This document shows positions 38,304 to 48,696 of a stretch of 64,000 bases of DNA, piece by piece (the first letter of the stretch is position 1; the number at the start of each line of letters is the position of its first letter). Source of the stretch: an uncultured Planctomycetales bacterium (GTDB lineage Bacteria; Omnitrophota; Gorgyraeia; Zapsychrales; GWA2-47-8); NCBI GenBank assembly GCA_964359575.1, contig CAYHTV010000001.1, positions 5,547 to 69,546 of the forward strand, given 5' to 3'. Below the pieces are notes generated by a model. That model did no database searches. It worked only from the letters and a program-made list of their open reading frames with translations, and was not told the origin of the DNA. The position numbers were made by a program, and so were the translations under genes.

Positions 38304-38942
38304 TTACAATAGTGAGGGTTGGGCAAGTACTGACCATTTGCTTGTTTTAAGATCAAGTTCCGAAACGGCATGATAATTGTGGCGCTCACGGATGTGCTTA
38401 AGAAAGTCCTTGAGCGTTGTGGTGTGTGTTTTTCTTAATTCCGCGTTGTCAAACCAAAAATAATACCCATCGGCTTGAAAAGCGCAAATCGCATGCGCTC
38501 GATGGTTTTTTCTCACCGCTAAAAAACGCGGCTGGTAGCCTAAAACCTGTAAAACCTCTGCGTTTAAAAAAGTGTAATCCTCGCAATCGCCCTTTTTTAT
38601 GTTGAGAGTTTCCTCTGGTGTAGCCCAGTGATCTTGTGTTTCATCCGTTGTGTAATGGATATTTTGCTTGAGCCAGCCGGCGTAATCTTCTAAGGAACGG
38701 ATATGATGAGCTTGAATAAGGTTGATAATTTTGAAGTCAATGGATTTAGGGCGGACGATAAGAACGCCATCTTTATGTCTGATTTTTTCCTGCTGAATAT
38801 GAAATCGTGAAGCTGGAAGCGAGGTCGCCGCGCTCACTGAAACGGTGAGAACGGTTGTAGAAAATAGAAAAAAGAATGTGCTGCTAGAAATTTTTAAGGG
38901 CATGGGGCATAAGTCCGTTTTGAGAGTAAATCTCATGGACAT
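38304..38942 (-). CDS. Transglutaminase-like cysteine protease (BTLCP/LapG-like)
   Basis: D.WATPEETL...GDCEDY, H and DN catalytic residues; N-terminal signal-like segment. Confidence 0.8.
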   Translation of the reverse strand: MSMRFTLKTDLCPMPLKISSSTFFFLFSTTVLTVSVSAATSLPASRFHIQQEKIRHKDGVLIVRPKSIDFKIINLIQAHHIRSLEDYAGWLKQNIHYTTDETQDHWATPEETLNIKKGDCEDYTFLNAEVLQVLGYQPRFLAVRKNHRAHAICAFQADGYYFWFDNAELRKTHTTTLKDFLKHIRERHNYHAVSELDLKTSKWSVLAQPSLL

Positions 38943-39032
38943 TTGCCTGCGGCTTGATTAGAATGATTCCACTATTCATGAAATTGTACTAAATAAATTT
39001 TAGCAGTCCGCCAGCAGAAAAAAAAGCTTTTT

Positions 39033-39977
39033 ATGAAAAAATTTGTTTTGACCGTTACCTTAAATCCGGCCGTGGATGAAGTGCTGCAAATTAAAAAATG
39101 CGTATCTCCTAGAGGGTTTTTTGTTGAACGAAGGCTGCAGAGTGCCGGTGGCAAAGGTATCAATGTCTCGCGTGTCTTGACACGTTTGGGCACGCCGACA
39201 TTGGCCACGGGATTGCTGGGCGGCCCCACGGGAGAATTTATAATAAGAGAATTGGATCACGAAGGCGTCAAAAACGATTTTGTTGAAAGTGCCGTTCCTG
39301 CCAGGATCAATTTAACGATTCTGTTTGCCCAGCCGCATAAAATGACTCGTTGTGTGGAAGATGGTTTGCCGGTTTCCTATTTGGATATTCAAAGATTTAA
39401 AAAGAAATTTAAGATATTGTTGAAAAAGTGTTCGTGGGTCGTATTCGCGGGACGGATTCCTCGTGATGCAGGAGAAAGGCTTTACGCCAACTTGATTTAT
39501 ATTGCCCAGCGGGAAGGAGTGCGAACATTTTTAGACAGCCAAGGCCGAGCATTGGCAGCAGGCCTGAAAGCCAAGCCAATGTACATTAAGCCGAATCTCC
39601 AAGAGGCACAGCAGTTTTTACGGCAGCAGCTTAATTCCAAAGGAAAATTAAAGGAAGCGGTCCGTTGCTTTTTATGTTTAGGCGTTCAAAATGTTTTTAT
39701 TACTTTAGGCTCGCGCGGGGCGGTGGGTTCGGATGGCCGCCAGTTATGGTTAGCCAGGCCGCCGCGGGTTCAATGTGTCAATCCTGTTGGCGGCGGGGAT
39801 GCATTTATTGGCGGATTTATTAGCGCTTTTGAAAGGAATAAAGATTTTTGGCAGGCTTTAAAGAGCGCTGTGGCCGCGGGCACGGCTAATGCCTTGAGCT
39901 TACAGCCGGGGACGGTTGCGAAAAATATTGTTCACAAAATAGCCGCAAAGGTTAGAATAGAAGCAATAAAATTTTAA
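39033..39977 (+). CDS. 1-phosphofructokinase family (PfkB) hexose kinase
   Basis: TVTLNPAVD, AGGKGINVSR, KPN..E, VGGGDAF. Confidence 0.9.
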   Translation: MKKFVLTVTLNPAVDEVLQIKKCVSPRGFFVERRLQSAGGKGINVSRVLTRLGTPTLATGLLGGPTGEFIIRELDHEGVKNDFVESAVPARINLTILFAQPHKMTRCVEDGLPVSYLDIQRFKKKFKILLKKCSWVVFAGRIPRDAGERLYANLIYIAQREGVRTFLDSQGRALAAGLKAKPMYIKPNLQEAQQFLRQQLNSKGKLKEAVRCFLCLGVQNVFITLGSRGAVGSDGRQLWLARPPRVQCVNPVGGGDAFIGGFISAFERNKDFWQALKSAVAAGTANALSLQPGTVAKNIVHKIAAKVRIEAIKF

Positions 39978-39994
39978 ACGAAACGGAGAAAGAT

Positions 39995-40651
39995 ATGGCA
40001 ACATTTGATGCGACACTGTATGACGGCAAAAAACAACAGAAAATTCCCGATGTGTTGAGCGATACCTTGCGCGAGCAGCTGTTGCAATACGCTAAGGATT
40101 TTAAAACTTCCTGGGTGAACCTTGGACAGAATCTTTATAGCGTTTGGCGGGATAAATTGTATTACACTTGGGGTTATGAGAAGTTTGAGCATTATACCCA
40201 GGAAGAGTTAGGGATGCAAAAGCCGCTGGCCATCAAATTGCTCAAGACGTATTTTTTCTTGGAGCAGGAAGAACCGGCGTACCTTAAAGAAGAATTCACG
40301 CAGTCGCGGTCGCCGGTTGCGGTGCCAGGTTATGAAGCTGTTAACATCCTGCGGTTGGCTAAGAAAAATAAGGATCTGAATAAAAGCGATTACATCAAAT
40401 TAAAAAAAGATATTTTTGAAAACGGTAAAGATGCCGCCGCCATTCGTAAGGATTTAACGGCATTAATAAAAGAGCGCAAGGTTGTGGACCCCGAGGAAGA
40501 GCGGGAAAGGCGCAGTGAACTGACTGTCCGCAAATTGCTCAACGCGATCCGTTTGTTTACGAAGGACGCGGAGGCCTTAAAATTATTGCCGGCGAATTTG
40601 ATTACCGAGGCCGAAGGGCTTATGGAAAAATTGGAAGCCGAGATCGCCTAA
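39995..40651 (+). CDS. Hypothetical helical protein
   Basis: 218-aa ORF with GGAG RBS, closely followed by the peptidase gene. Confidence 0.7.
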   Translation: MATFDATLYDGKKQQKIPDVLSDTLREQLLQYAKDFKTSWVNLGQNLYSVWRDKLYYTWGYEKFEHYTQEELGMQKPLAIKLLKTYFFLEQEEPAYLKEEFTQSRSPVAVPGYEAVNILRLAKKNKDLNKSDYIKLKKDIFENGKDAAAIRKDLTALIKERKVVDPEEERERRSELTVRKLLNAIRLFTKDAEALKLLPANLITEAEGLMEKLEAEIA

Positions 40652-40654
40652 CGT

Positions 40655-41722
40655 ATGGAAACGCAAACCATCCCGCCTGCGGAAATTAAATATCCTATGG
40701 ATATCGCCATCATTTCAGAAGAGGATTTGCTGAATACCCGCATTTGTGACTTGCCCGTTAAAATCGAGGGGACCTGGCTGGAAGAATGTATCGCTCAACT
40801 TTACCAGGAACTTGCCGCGAAGGGATTGCAATTTTATCCGGCGTGTTATCTTGCCGATGAATGGCTGACCCCGCAGAACGAAACCGTGATCGGCATCCCA
40901 TTTTATTTAGCGCATTCCCGCTTGACGGCCCTCGAACGGAAGATGATGCTGGAAGCTGAAGGGGAAACCAAAGACTGGTGCATGAAACTTTTGCGCCACG
41001 AGACCGGGCACGCGATCAGTTACGCCTACAATTTGTATAAGCGCAAGAAATGGCAAAATATTTTTGGCTCTCCCCGCGCAGAGTATAAAGACACCTACCG
41101 TTTCCGGCCGTATAGCAAAAATTATGTTCGGCATCTCGAGGCGTATTATGCCCAGTATCATCCAGACGAAGATTTTGTTGAGACCTTTGCTGTCTGGTTG
41201 ACACCCCATATGGATTGGCGCAATCAATATGGGGGATGGGGCGCGCTAGAAAAGCTCATCTATGTCGATGAGGTGATGGCCGAGATCCAAGGCCAAGCGC
41301 CGATTGTCAAAAGCCAGCAGAAATTTTGGCGGCTTTCGACTTTAAAAATTACCTTGGCAAATTATTATAAGAAGAAAAGGGAATACCGCGCCGAAGATTT
41401 CCTGGATTTTCACGATGGAAATTTGAAGAAAATTTTTAGTGAAAAAGGTCCCGAAGGCCAGCCTGTTTTCTTAGCCGCCGATATTATAGAAAAGTATCAG
41501 CGGGAAATTTTAAAAAGTTCTGCCCTTTGGACCGGTGAGAAGAAATATATCATTAATCAGCTTATTAAGACGATTCAAAAACGCTGTCAGGAATTGAAAT
41601 TGGCTGCCGCTGATCCAGAGCCCATGGCCGTGTTGCGATTAACGACTTATATCACGACTCTGGTCATGAACTATCTCTATACTGGCTGGTTTCGCGGCGA
41701 GAAGAGCAAGAAGAAAAAATGA
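40655..41722 (+). CDS. Putative zinc-binding metallopeptidase (zincin)
   Basis: LRHETGHA (HExxH), YAQ.HP.EDF.ETFAVWL. Confidence 0.85.
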   Translation: METQTIPPAEIKYPMDIAIISEEDLLNTRICDLPVKIEGTWLEECIAQLYQELAAKGLQFYPACYLADEWLTPQNETVIGIPFYLAHSRLTALERKMMLEAEGETKDWCMKLLRHETGHAISYAYNLYKRKKWQNIFGSPRAEYKDTYRFRPYSKNYVRHLEAYYAQYHPDEDFVETFAVWLTPHMDWRNQYGGWGALEKLIYVDEVMAEIQGQAPIVKSQQKFWRLSTLKITLANYYKKKREYRAEDFLDFHDGNLKKIFSEKGPEGQPVFLAADIIEKYQREILKSSALWTGEKKYIINQLIKTIQKRCQELKLAAADPEPMAVLRLTTYITTLVMNYLYTGWFRGEKSKKKK

Positions 41723-42744
41723 AAAAGAAATTAAAAATTTTGCTTTTGTTCAATAGCCCGTATCAAAAGCCGCGCGGCTATGATTATAAAGATGAGATGT
41801 CTGACCCAGAGAATATGTATACGGAAAGAGATGTCTTAGGGGCGCTGCAGGCCAATGGCTATGAAGTAAGAATTCTTGGTATTTTTAATGATGCCACGCC
41901 ATTATTTGAGGAAATCAAAGAGTTTCCGCCCGATGTGATTTTTAATATGGTGGAAATTTTTCAGGATAAAGCGCACCTGGATAAAAATATCGCCGCAATT
42001 TTGGAAATGCTCAATATCCCTTACACAGGCGCTTCCTTGGGCAGTTTATTTTTATGCAATAACAAAGCGTTGAGCAAAAAAATTTTGAGTTTTCACCGGA
42101 TTAAAGTCCCGTGGTTTTATACGTTTTACCGCGGCAAAAGGGTTTGGCTTCCTAAAAAGATGAAACTTCCGGTGGTCATTAAGCCTTTGTGCGAGGAGGC
42201 CTCGCGCGGAATTTCCCAGGCCTCGGTTGTAGATAACGAGGAGGCTTTTATCGAACGCATCCGATTTATCCACGAAAGCATGAGCATGGATGCGATTGCC
42301 GAAGAGTATGTACAGGGGCGAGAGCTTTATGTGAGCGTTTTGGGGAGTAAAAGATTAAACGTTTTTCCGCCGCGCGAATTAAAGTTTGGCCAATTGCCTG
42401 AGGACGAGCCGCGGATTGCCACTTACCGTGCCAAATGGGATGATGATTACCGCGACCGCTGGGGGATCAAGAGTGTTTTTCCGGGCAAACTCGCCGATGG
42501 TGTTGAAGAGGAAATCCACGCGGTGTGCAAGCGGGCTTTCCGGGCGCTGGATTTGGATGGCTATGTGCGTTTTGATATCCGCGTGACACCGGAAGGGAAG
42601 ATATATATCATCGAACCTAATGCGAATCCGTGCATTGCCAAAATTGATGAAATGGCACAATCCGCCAACAAAATTGGGATCACTTACGAAGAGTTAATCC
42701 GCAAAATTGTTATGGTGGGCTTTCAGCGAAATATGAGATCATGA
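41719..42744 (+). CDS. D-Ala-D-Ala ligase-like ATP-grasp protein
   Basis: IPYTG, KP..E.ASRGI, EEYV.GRE, R.D.R, IE.N.NP. Confidence 0.88.
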   Translation: MKKKLKILLLFNSPYQKPRGYDYKDEMSDPENMYTERDVLGALQANGYEVRILGIFNDATPLFEEIKEFPPDVIFNMVEIFQDKAHLDKNIAAILEMLNIPYTGASLGSLFLCNNKALSKKILSFHRIKVPWFYTFYRGKRVWLPKKMKLPVVIKPLCEEASRGISQASVVDNEEAFIERIRFIHESMSMDAIAEEYVQGRELYVSVLGSKRLNVFPPRELKFGQLPEDEPRIATYRAKWDDDYRDRWGIKSVFPGKLADGVEEEIHAVCKRAFRALDLDGYVRFDIRVTPEGKIYIIEPNANPCIAKIDEMAQSANKIGITYEELIRKIVMVGFQRNMRS

Positions 42745-42747
42745 GCT

Positions 42748-43998
42748 ATGACTGATAAAATTTCAGAATTTATCAACAATAATTTTGAATTGCTCCTCTG
42801 GCTGAACATTGCCTGGCTGTTATTTTTTGTTGTGATGCTGGTCCTCCTGAAAATTCAGGATATCGCGGGTGATCGGCCGCGGACGTTGATTCCCAAAGTC
42901 TTGCTGATTTTTGTGGTCATGGGGCAGATAGCCTTGGTACTCTTGTCCGGTTATATTTATTGGTTCAATTATCAGCGCAAAAGTGTCGCAACATTCAGCC
43001 AGCGGCTTATTCCAGGGACCCATTGGGTCAAAGAGGACTTGATGGTTTATTTTATTTCCGGCAGGGATTTAATTTCCATTCATGCCAATGGCTCGAATAA
43101 GCAAAAGATTTTTCAGTCTCCCGATAAAATCCGGGAATATCATTTCTCGCCGGATGGTCAATATCTGTTGGTTGTGACCGAACGGGAACTTTATCAAGTC
43201 AATCTGGCCACTTTACACCGCGAACTCATCGATTTCATCCCCATTGCTGATCCTGGAAAGCAGTTAAGCGGTGTCATCGGGAGAATCAGTTGGTCGCCGG
43301 ATAGCCAAAGATTTTGTTATGAAATCACCAAATGGTCGAATGTCTCCTCCTATAATCAATTTTATATTTATCATGTGCAAAATAAGCAGAAGCAGCCGCT
43401 GCGAAAATTAACCAAGAAGATTTCCTACTTGTTTTGGGATAAAAAAGCAACCAGCCTTTACTTTTTTCAGCAAGAGGCCATGGATACTTCGCGGTATCCG
43501 TATCCCTATAAAATAAAGATTTATAAAATTCCTTTATCGACTCTGACTGCCGAAATGGTCGCGGAGGTGTTAACGAAAAAGGCGGAAATCTCTCGGCTGG
43601 AGGTGACGGGCCGTGGCATTAATCTTTTTTGGAAAGGAAATAATTTTTCTTTTAACCGTTCCGGCCAGCGGGATTACGATTGGGTGTCGGAAACCGGTGC
43701 GCGGCTGGGAATCGATGAGGATGACTTCCTCTATTATATTAAGAACCGCTGGTGGCGAAAGCGACTGTTTCGGGTGCCGCGCGATCCTCTCCCCGGTGAT
43801 TTTAACCGTTACCAATTTAGTGGAGGGATGCTTTCGGTTGGGCATCTGCGCTGGCTGCCGGGGGGGCGTTATGTGATTATGGGGCACAGCACCATGGGCA
43901 TTTTGATATTGGAGCCAAGCACAGGAAAAATCGGACGATTGACGGATACGCCCGGGTATACCTTTGGGTGGTATCAAGAACTTAAAACTCAAAATTAA
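42748..43998 (+). CDS. Membrane-anchored TolB/WD40-like beta-propeller protein
   Basis: Two N-terminal TMs; FSPDG, WSPDS and WLPGG repeats. Confidence 0.65.
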   Translation: MTDKISEFINNNFELLLWLNIAWLLFFVVMLVLLKIQDIAGDRPRTLIPKVLLIFVVMGQIALVLLSGYIYWFNYQRKSVATFSQRLIPGTHWVKEDLMVYFISGRDLISIHANGSNKQKIFQSPDKIREYHFSPDGQYLLVVTERELYQVNLATLHRELIDFIPIADPGKQLSGVIGRISWSPDSQRFCYEITKWSNVSSYNQFYIYHVQNKQKQPLRKLTKKISYLFWDKKATSLYFFQQEAMDTSRYPYPYKIKIYKIPLSTLTAEMVAEVLTKKAEISRLEVTGRGINLFWKGNNFSFNRSGQRDYDWVSETGARLGIDEDDFLYYIKNRWWRKRLFRVPRDPLPGDFNRYQFSGGMLSVGHLRWLPGGRYVIMGHSTMGILILEPSTGKIGRLTDTPGYTFGWYQELKTQN

Positions 43999-44064
43999 AA
44001 AGTCAAGACAGAGAGACGCTTCGCGACACCACAATTTTACCTTTTGCGTTTTAAATTTTAAGTT
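43979..44064. repeat. A-rich heptamer inverted-array element with AGACAG..GCGA..CCACA core
   Basis: Similar to 51310-51392. Confidence 0.65.
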
Positions 44065-44084
44065 CATTATAAAAAGGAGCTAAG

Positions 44085-44273
44085 ATGGACTTGCCAAATC
44101 CTTTACAAAAATCAAAAACTCAATACCAGGAAACAATCAACGTGATTCAGTCGGATGCCTCGCCCGTTGGGATTGATCCGCAATACACCCATGCGATTAT
44201 CATCGAATTCTTAAAGCAAATTTCTGCCCGCTTGGATCGTCTCGAAACAATCATGAGGTGCGATAAAAAATGA
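44085..44273 (+). CDS. Small hypothetical protein
   Basis: AGGAG RBS; 62 aa; DASPVGID..YTH..II. Confidence 0.55.
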   Translation: MDLPNPLQKSKTQYQETINVIQSDASPVGIDPQYTHAIIIEFLKQISARLDRLETIMRCDKK

Positions 44274-44369
44274 GATGAAAAGGGTTGTTTTGTATTGACA
44301 ATCAAGACCATTTTGCCATAATAAAAATTGTCGAGAAATTTAATTTTTTCAAAAAAAAGGAGAACTTAT

Positions 44370-44951
44370 ATGGGAAGCGAAAAAAATCAATGGATGTTGT
44401 GGGTGATTGTCATTGGGGTGGTTATTATCACGTTGATCGCTTTTAATTATCACGGTGATAAATCAGACTCAATCCCTTTAAGTGAGATTTTCCCAGAAGA
44501 AATGGGGACGCAGGAAGGACAAAATATTGAGTATGAGTTTGTCGACAGTAAACCGGCGCAAACCCAAGCCGCAGCGCCTGCGCTAGCGGGTGGTAAGCTG
44601 GTTCTCGCTAAGCCAGCCGTTTCTAAAGCTGTCGCTGTTCCCGCAGCGCCGGCAAAGACTTCCCCAGCTGTTCCCGCGGCCGCGCCAGTAACTGTTTCTC
44701 CGTCCACGAGGGGAGACTACTCAATCCAGGTGTTGTCCTCCAAAGATAAGGCCGCCACGGAGAAATCTTTGGAAAGAATAAAAGCCAAAGGGCATGCCGC
44801 TTATCTGGTAACCCGGGATCTCGGGGAGAAGGGAATTTGGTACCGTGTGAACATCGGTCCGTTTGAAACGAAACAGCAGGCTGAGGCGTATTTGCCAAAA
44901 ATTCAAGCGGATTATAAAAGTAGTTTTGTAATTAGTGGAAAGAAAGAATAG
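44370..44951 (+). CDS. SPOR-domain cell division protein (FtsN/DamX-like)
   Basis: TM anchor, Ala/Pro linker, YSIQV.S...WYRV.IGPF; upstream TTGACA-N16-CATAAT. Confidence 0.85.
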   Translation: MGSEKNQWMLWVIVIGVVIITLIAFNYHGDKSDSIPLSEIFPEEMGTQEGQNIEYEFVDSKPAQTQAAAPALAGGKLVLAKPAVSKAVAVPAAPAKTSPAVPAAAPVTVSPSTRGDYSIQVLSSKDKAATEKSLERIKAKGHAAYLVTRDLGEKGIWYRVNIGPFETKQQAEAYLPKIQADYKSSFVISGKKE

Positions 44952-44974
44952 TCTAAAAATTTACGGAGTGGACC

Positions 44975-45274
44975 ATGCGAAGTTTTTTCATTTTAGTCTT
45001 AGTAGCATTGGTAGCATTGGTAGCTGGCTGCACAACGGCTCAAAAAGGAGCGGCGGTTGGCGCGCTGGGGGGTGGGGCGTTGGGTGGCATTATCGGCCAT
45101 CAGTCCGGCCACGGCGGGACAGGAGCGGCGATTGGGGCCGCTGCCGGTGCGATAACCGGGGTAATTGTCGCTGAGAAAATGGCTGATAAATTCTGTCCGG
45201 TTTGCGGCGCAACTTATACAAATAGCACAGAGTTTTGCCCCAAGGATGGGACGGAATTAAAAGAGAAGCAATAA
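44975..45274 (+). CDS. Glycine-zipper lipoprotein with C-terminal zinc-ribbon
   Basis: VAGC lipobox, GAAVGALGGGALGG zipper, CPVCG...CPKDG. Confidence 0.8.
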   Translation: MRSFFILVLVALVALVAGCTTAQKGAAVGALGGGALGGIIGHQSGHGGTGAAIGAAAGAITGVIVAEKMADKFCPVCGATYTNSTEFCPKDGTELKEKQ

Positions 45275-45328
45275 GAAAAAAAGGTTAATGTCATTATGTA
45301 CCGCGCAAACTAGAAATAAAACCTCATT

Positions 45329-45874
45329 ATGCACCAAAATATCAAAATACTATTAACCTGTTCTATTTTGATTCATGGCGGGATCAACTTGTTGGCGCCG
45401 ATATACGCTATTTTTATAAGAAATATTGGCGGAACAATCTTTGATGCCGGCGCGACCATTGGATGTTATGCTTTCTTAAAGGGAATATTTTATTTTCTTT
45501 TTCGAAAGCTTAAGGAAAGTAGATTCAGCCGGAAATGTATGATCTCTGCCGGTTATTTTTTGTTCTTTGTTGGCTATATTTTTTATTTATTTGCTTCTAA
45601 TATTTTTCATGTGGTAGCGATCCAGGCATTGTTGGCCTGTGCCGAGGTGATTATAAATCCTTCATGGAGTGCGGTTATTGCCAACGCTCTTGATCAAGGA
45701 AAGGAGCGGACGATTTACTCTAATTTTTACGGATACAGATCTCTCTTTGAAGGAATCGCGGCTATTTTGGGCGGGATCGTTGCTTCCAGTTTAGGTTTTT
45801 ATTTTCTTTTTAGTTTAATGGCCGCTTTTGCTTTAACCGCCAGTATCTTGGCATTATTTCTGACGGACAATTAG
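45329..45874 (+). CDS. Half-size (6-TM) MFS-like membrane protein
   Basis: P.YAIF...GG, SRK, ..ER..YS.F.G pattern; about 6 TMs. Confidence 0.6.
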   Translation: MHQNIKILLTCSILIHGGINLLAPIYAIFIRNIGGTIFDAGATIGCYAFLKGIFYFLFRKLKESRFSRKCMISAGYFLFFVGYIFYLFASNIFHVVAIQALLACAEVIINPSWSAVIANALDQGKERTIYSNFYGYRSLFEGIAAILGGIVASSLGFYFLFSLMAAFALTASILALFLTDN

Positions 45875-45927
45875 GGGTACAGAGCAGTATTGAACTGGTT
45901 GAGAAAAAAGGGCCGCAATTTTTTCCT

Positions 45928-46164
45928 ATGAATAAAATCCGCATTATTCTGCGTTGGCTGCACATTATCATCGGCCTCATCCTTTTGTGCTATATTTACT
46001 CGCCTTTTTCCAAGTACGCGGCCTTCCAAATTTTTGTTAAATTTATTGCCATTCCTATCGTTGTGATAAGCGGTCTGTGGATTTGGAAATTTACTGCCTT
46101 CAATAAATTTTTACGGGCCCGCTGGAGCATTCTTGCGGGATATAGAGGGAACGAAATTTCTTGA
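45928..46164 (+). CDS. Small 2-TM membrane protein
   Basis: R..LRW.HII.G....YIYSP...P....SGLW.W. Confidence 0.6.
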   Translation: MNKIRIILRWLHIIIGLILLCYIYSPFSKYAAFQIFVKFIAIPIVVISGLWIWKFTAFNKFLRARWSILAGYRGNEIS

Positions 46165-46184
46165 AGATTTATTGAAGATTTATG

Positions 46185-46213
46185 TTGCCAAAGCAGTTTG
46201 CAGTGTGTATAAT
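46185..46213 (+). promoter_or_regulatory. sigma70-type promoter of pckA
   Basis: TTGCCA-N17-TATAAT, preceded by the direct repeat TTGAAGATTTA x2. Confidence 0.65.
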
Positions 46214-46249
46214 CCCGCCTGTCAATATGGTTGAAAGGAAGCCCCCAAT

Positions 46250-47893
46250 ATGAACCCAGTTGTCATGTCATCGCCGCTTGAAAAATTTTTGCACAGTATT
46301 GGGATTAAACAGTGGAAAAATCTTTTCTATGCGCTATCCCATGATGAACTTTTTAGCCACGAAACTGATCCGTCCTTAGAAGGTTATGAGCGGGCAATTG
46401 TCACCACGACCGGCGCGGTCGCCGTTGATACCGGCAAATTTACCGGACGTTCCCCCAAAGACAAATATATCGTAAAAGAGCCAAGCTCGCAGGATAGTGT
46501 ATGGTGGTCTGATGACCCTTGCGCGGGTTCTGACAACAAATCACTTTCCCCAGAAGCCTGGGCGCATCTTAAAAGTATTTCTCTCCAGCAACTCAACGGC
46601 AAAAAATTATATGTGATGGATGGTTTTTGCGGGACGAATCCGCAAACCCGCATTTGTGTCCGGCTGGTGACCGAGGTTGCCTGGATGGCGCATTTTTTTA
46701 AAAATATGTTCATTCGGCCTACCGCTGATGAATTGAAAAATTTTAAGCCTGACTGGACCATCCTTAATGCCTGTAAGACGTCGTGCGTTGATTTTGCCAA
46801 GTATGGATTGCGATCGGAAGTTTTCGTCGCCTTTCACATTAAGGAGCGCATGACAGTCATTGGCGGCACCTGGTACGGCGGTGAAATCAAAAAAGGCATT
46901 TTTTCGATCATGAATTATTTTTTGCCGCTGCAAGGCATCGGCGCGTTTCATTGTTCGGCGAATATGGGTGAAAGGGGTGACACGGCTTTATTTTTTGGTT
47001 TATCCGGGACCGGTAAGACTTCGCTTTCGACCGACCCCAAGCGGGCGCTGATTGGCGACGACGAGCATGGCTGGGACAATGACGGTGTGTTTAATTTTGA
47101 GGGCGGATGCTATGCCAAATGCATCGGGTTAACCCGCGAGCGGGAACCGGAAATCTTTGATGCGATCCGCCGGGATGCTTTATTAGAGAACGTTGATATG
47201 AATGCGAACGGTCAAGTAGATTTTGCCTCAAAGAAAAAAACGGAAAACACCCGCGTTTCGTATCCACTGGATCACATTCAAAATATTGTTAAGCCCATTT
47301 CAAAGGGCGGCCATCCAAAATATATTATTTTTCTTACGTGCGATGCCTTTGGAATTTTGCCGCATGTTTCTAAGCTCACCAAAGAGCAGGCGATGTACCA
47401 TTATTTGAGCGGTTATACAGCGAAAGTGGCGGGAACAGAGTTGGGCGTCACTGAGCCAAAGGCCGCGTTCTCCTCGTGTTTTGGCCAGGCGTTTTTGCTG
47501 GTTCATCCAACCCAATACGCGGATATTTTAGGTAAGAAAATGGATGAGCACGGCTCTCAGGCGTATCTTGTCAATACCGGCTGGATTGGTGGAAAATACG
47601 GTGTGGGCAAACGTATGCCATTGGCGGAAAACCGCCGGTCCATTGACGCGATCTTTAGCGGCGCGTTTGCTAAAGCGGAATTTGAAACATTGCCGATTTT
47701 TAATTTGCAGTTCCCCAGGGCACTCCCCGGTGTCTCCCCCGAGACACTGCATCCTCGCAACAGCTGGGCCAATAAAGAAGAATACGATCAGACGGCCCGC
47801 AAACTCGCCCAAATGTTCAGCGACAACTTCAAAAAATTTGAGACAACCGAGAAAGGCCGCGCCCTCGCCGCTGTGGCCGGGCCGAAGTTGTAA
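46250..47893 (+). CDS. pckA: Phosphoenolpyruvate carboxykinase (ATP)
   Basis: [35 protein letters not shown]. Confidence 0.97.
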   Translation: MNPVVMSSPLEKFLHSIGIKQWKNLFYALSHDELFSHETDPSLEGYERAIVTTTGAVAVDTGKFTGRSPKDKYIVKEPSSQDSVWWSDDPCAGSDNKSLSPEAWAHLKSISLQQLNGKKLYVMDGFCGTNPQTRICVRLVTEVAWMAHFFKNMFIRPTADELKNFKPDWTILNACKTSCVDFAKYGLRSEVFVAFHIKERMTVIGGTWYGGEIKKGIFSIMNYFLPLQGIGAFHCSANMGERGDTALFFGLSGTGKTSLSTDPKRALIGDDEHGWDNDGVFNFEGGCYAKCIGLTREREPEIFDAIRRDALLENVDMNANGQVDFASKKKTENTRVSYPLDHIQNIVKPISKGGHPKYIIFLTCDAFGILPHVSKLTKEQAMYHYLSGYTAKVAGTELGVTEPKAAFSSCFGQAFLLVHPTQYADILGKKMDEHGSQAYLVNTGWIGGKYGVGKRMPLAENRRSIDAIFSGAFAKAEFETLPIFNLQFPRALPGVSPETLHPRNSWANKEEYDQTARKLAQMFSDNFKKFETTEKGRALAAVAGPKL

Positions 47894-48042
47894 AATCCAA
47901 GTTTTGCTTAATCATTTCTTTAGTTTTAAATAATTAGGGTAATTAGGGTAATTTGAGCCGTAATCAAAATTTGAATTTACCAATCCCTCTTTTGTGCTAA
48001 AATAAAATTCAAATTATTCACCCTTTTCGTTCATTTCCGGAG

Positions 48043-48696
48043 ATGATTATGCCCAAAAAAATTCAACCCCCAAAAATTTCTAAGAAAAGTTTTACGCTTA
48101 TTTTGATTTTGACTGCGGCAGCCGCTGTTTTAGGCGTGCGCTGGTATTTGGAGTCGTCCCGCTCTGCTGTTCAGACAACGCAGACACGCGCCAAAGGCCA
48201 TCCTAACGCGCCGATTCAAATCAGCGAGTACATTGATTTTCAATGCTCGGCCTGCGCCGCCGGGGCCAAACAATTAAAAGAGTATCTCGCGCAATATCCG
48301 GATAAGATTCATCTGGAAATGCGCTATTATCCGCTCGTCAACATGCACCCGCATGCCTTGCCGGCGGCCCGTTATGCCCAATGCGCCGCAAAACAGGGAA
48401 AATTTTGGTCGCTGCACGATCTTTTGATTGAACGGCAGAATGAATGGAAAGTTTTAACCAATGCCGACTCGGCTTTCTTACAGATGGCCAAGGAAGTACC
48501 ATTGGATATGAAATCTCTGGAAGTCTGCCTGCAGGATGAGAATATTGTCAAAACGATTTTTGAAGAAAAAGATCAAGGCAGTTCTTTGGGCGTTCAGTCA
48601 ACCCCGACGTATTTTATTAATGGAAAAATGGTGGTGGGGGTTAAATCGTTAACCGATATGTTATTGCCGCTTTTGCAAGATGATACAAAAAAATAA
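48043..48696 (+). CDS. DsbA-family thioredoxin-fold oxidoreductase
   Basis: EY.DFQCSAC, GV.STPT.FING. Confidence 0.9.
   Translation: MIMPKKIQPPKISKKSFTLILILTAAAAVLGVRWYLESSRSAVQTTQTRAKGHPNAPIQISEYIDFQCSACAAGAKQLKEYLAQYPDKIHLEMRYYPLVNMHPHALPAARYAQCAAKQGKFWSLHDLLIERQNEWKVLTNADSAFLQMAKEVPLDMKSLEVCLQDENIVKTIFEEKDQGSSLGVQSTPTYFINGKMVVGVKSLTDMLLPLLQDDTKK

Noticed and set aside
47931-47953. TAATTAGGG tandem repeat upstream of the DsbA gene
   Set aside because: Only about 2.5 units in AT-rich DNA and seen once; insufficient to call an operator
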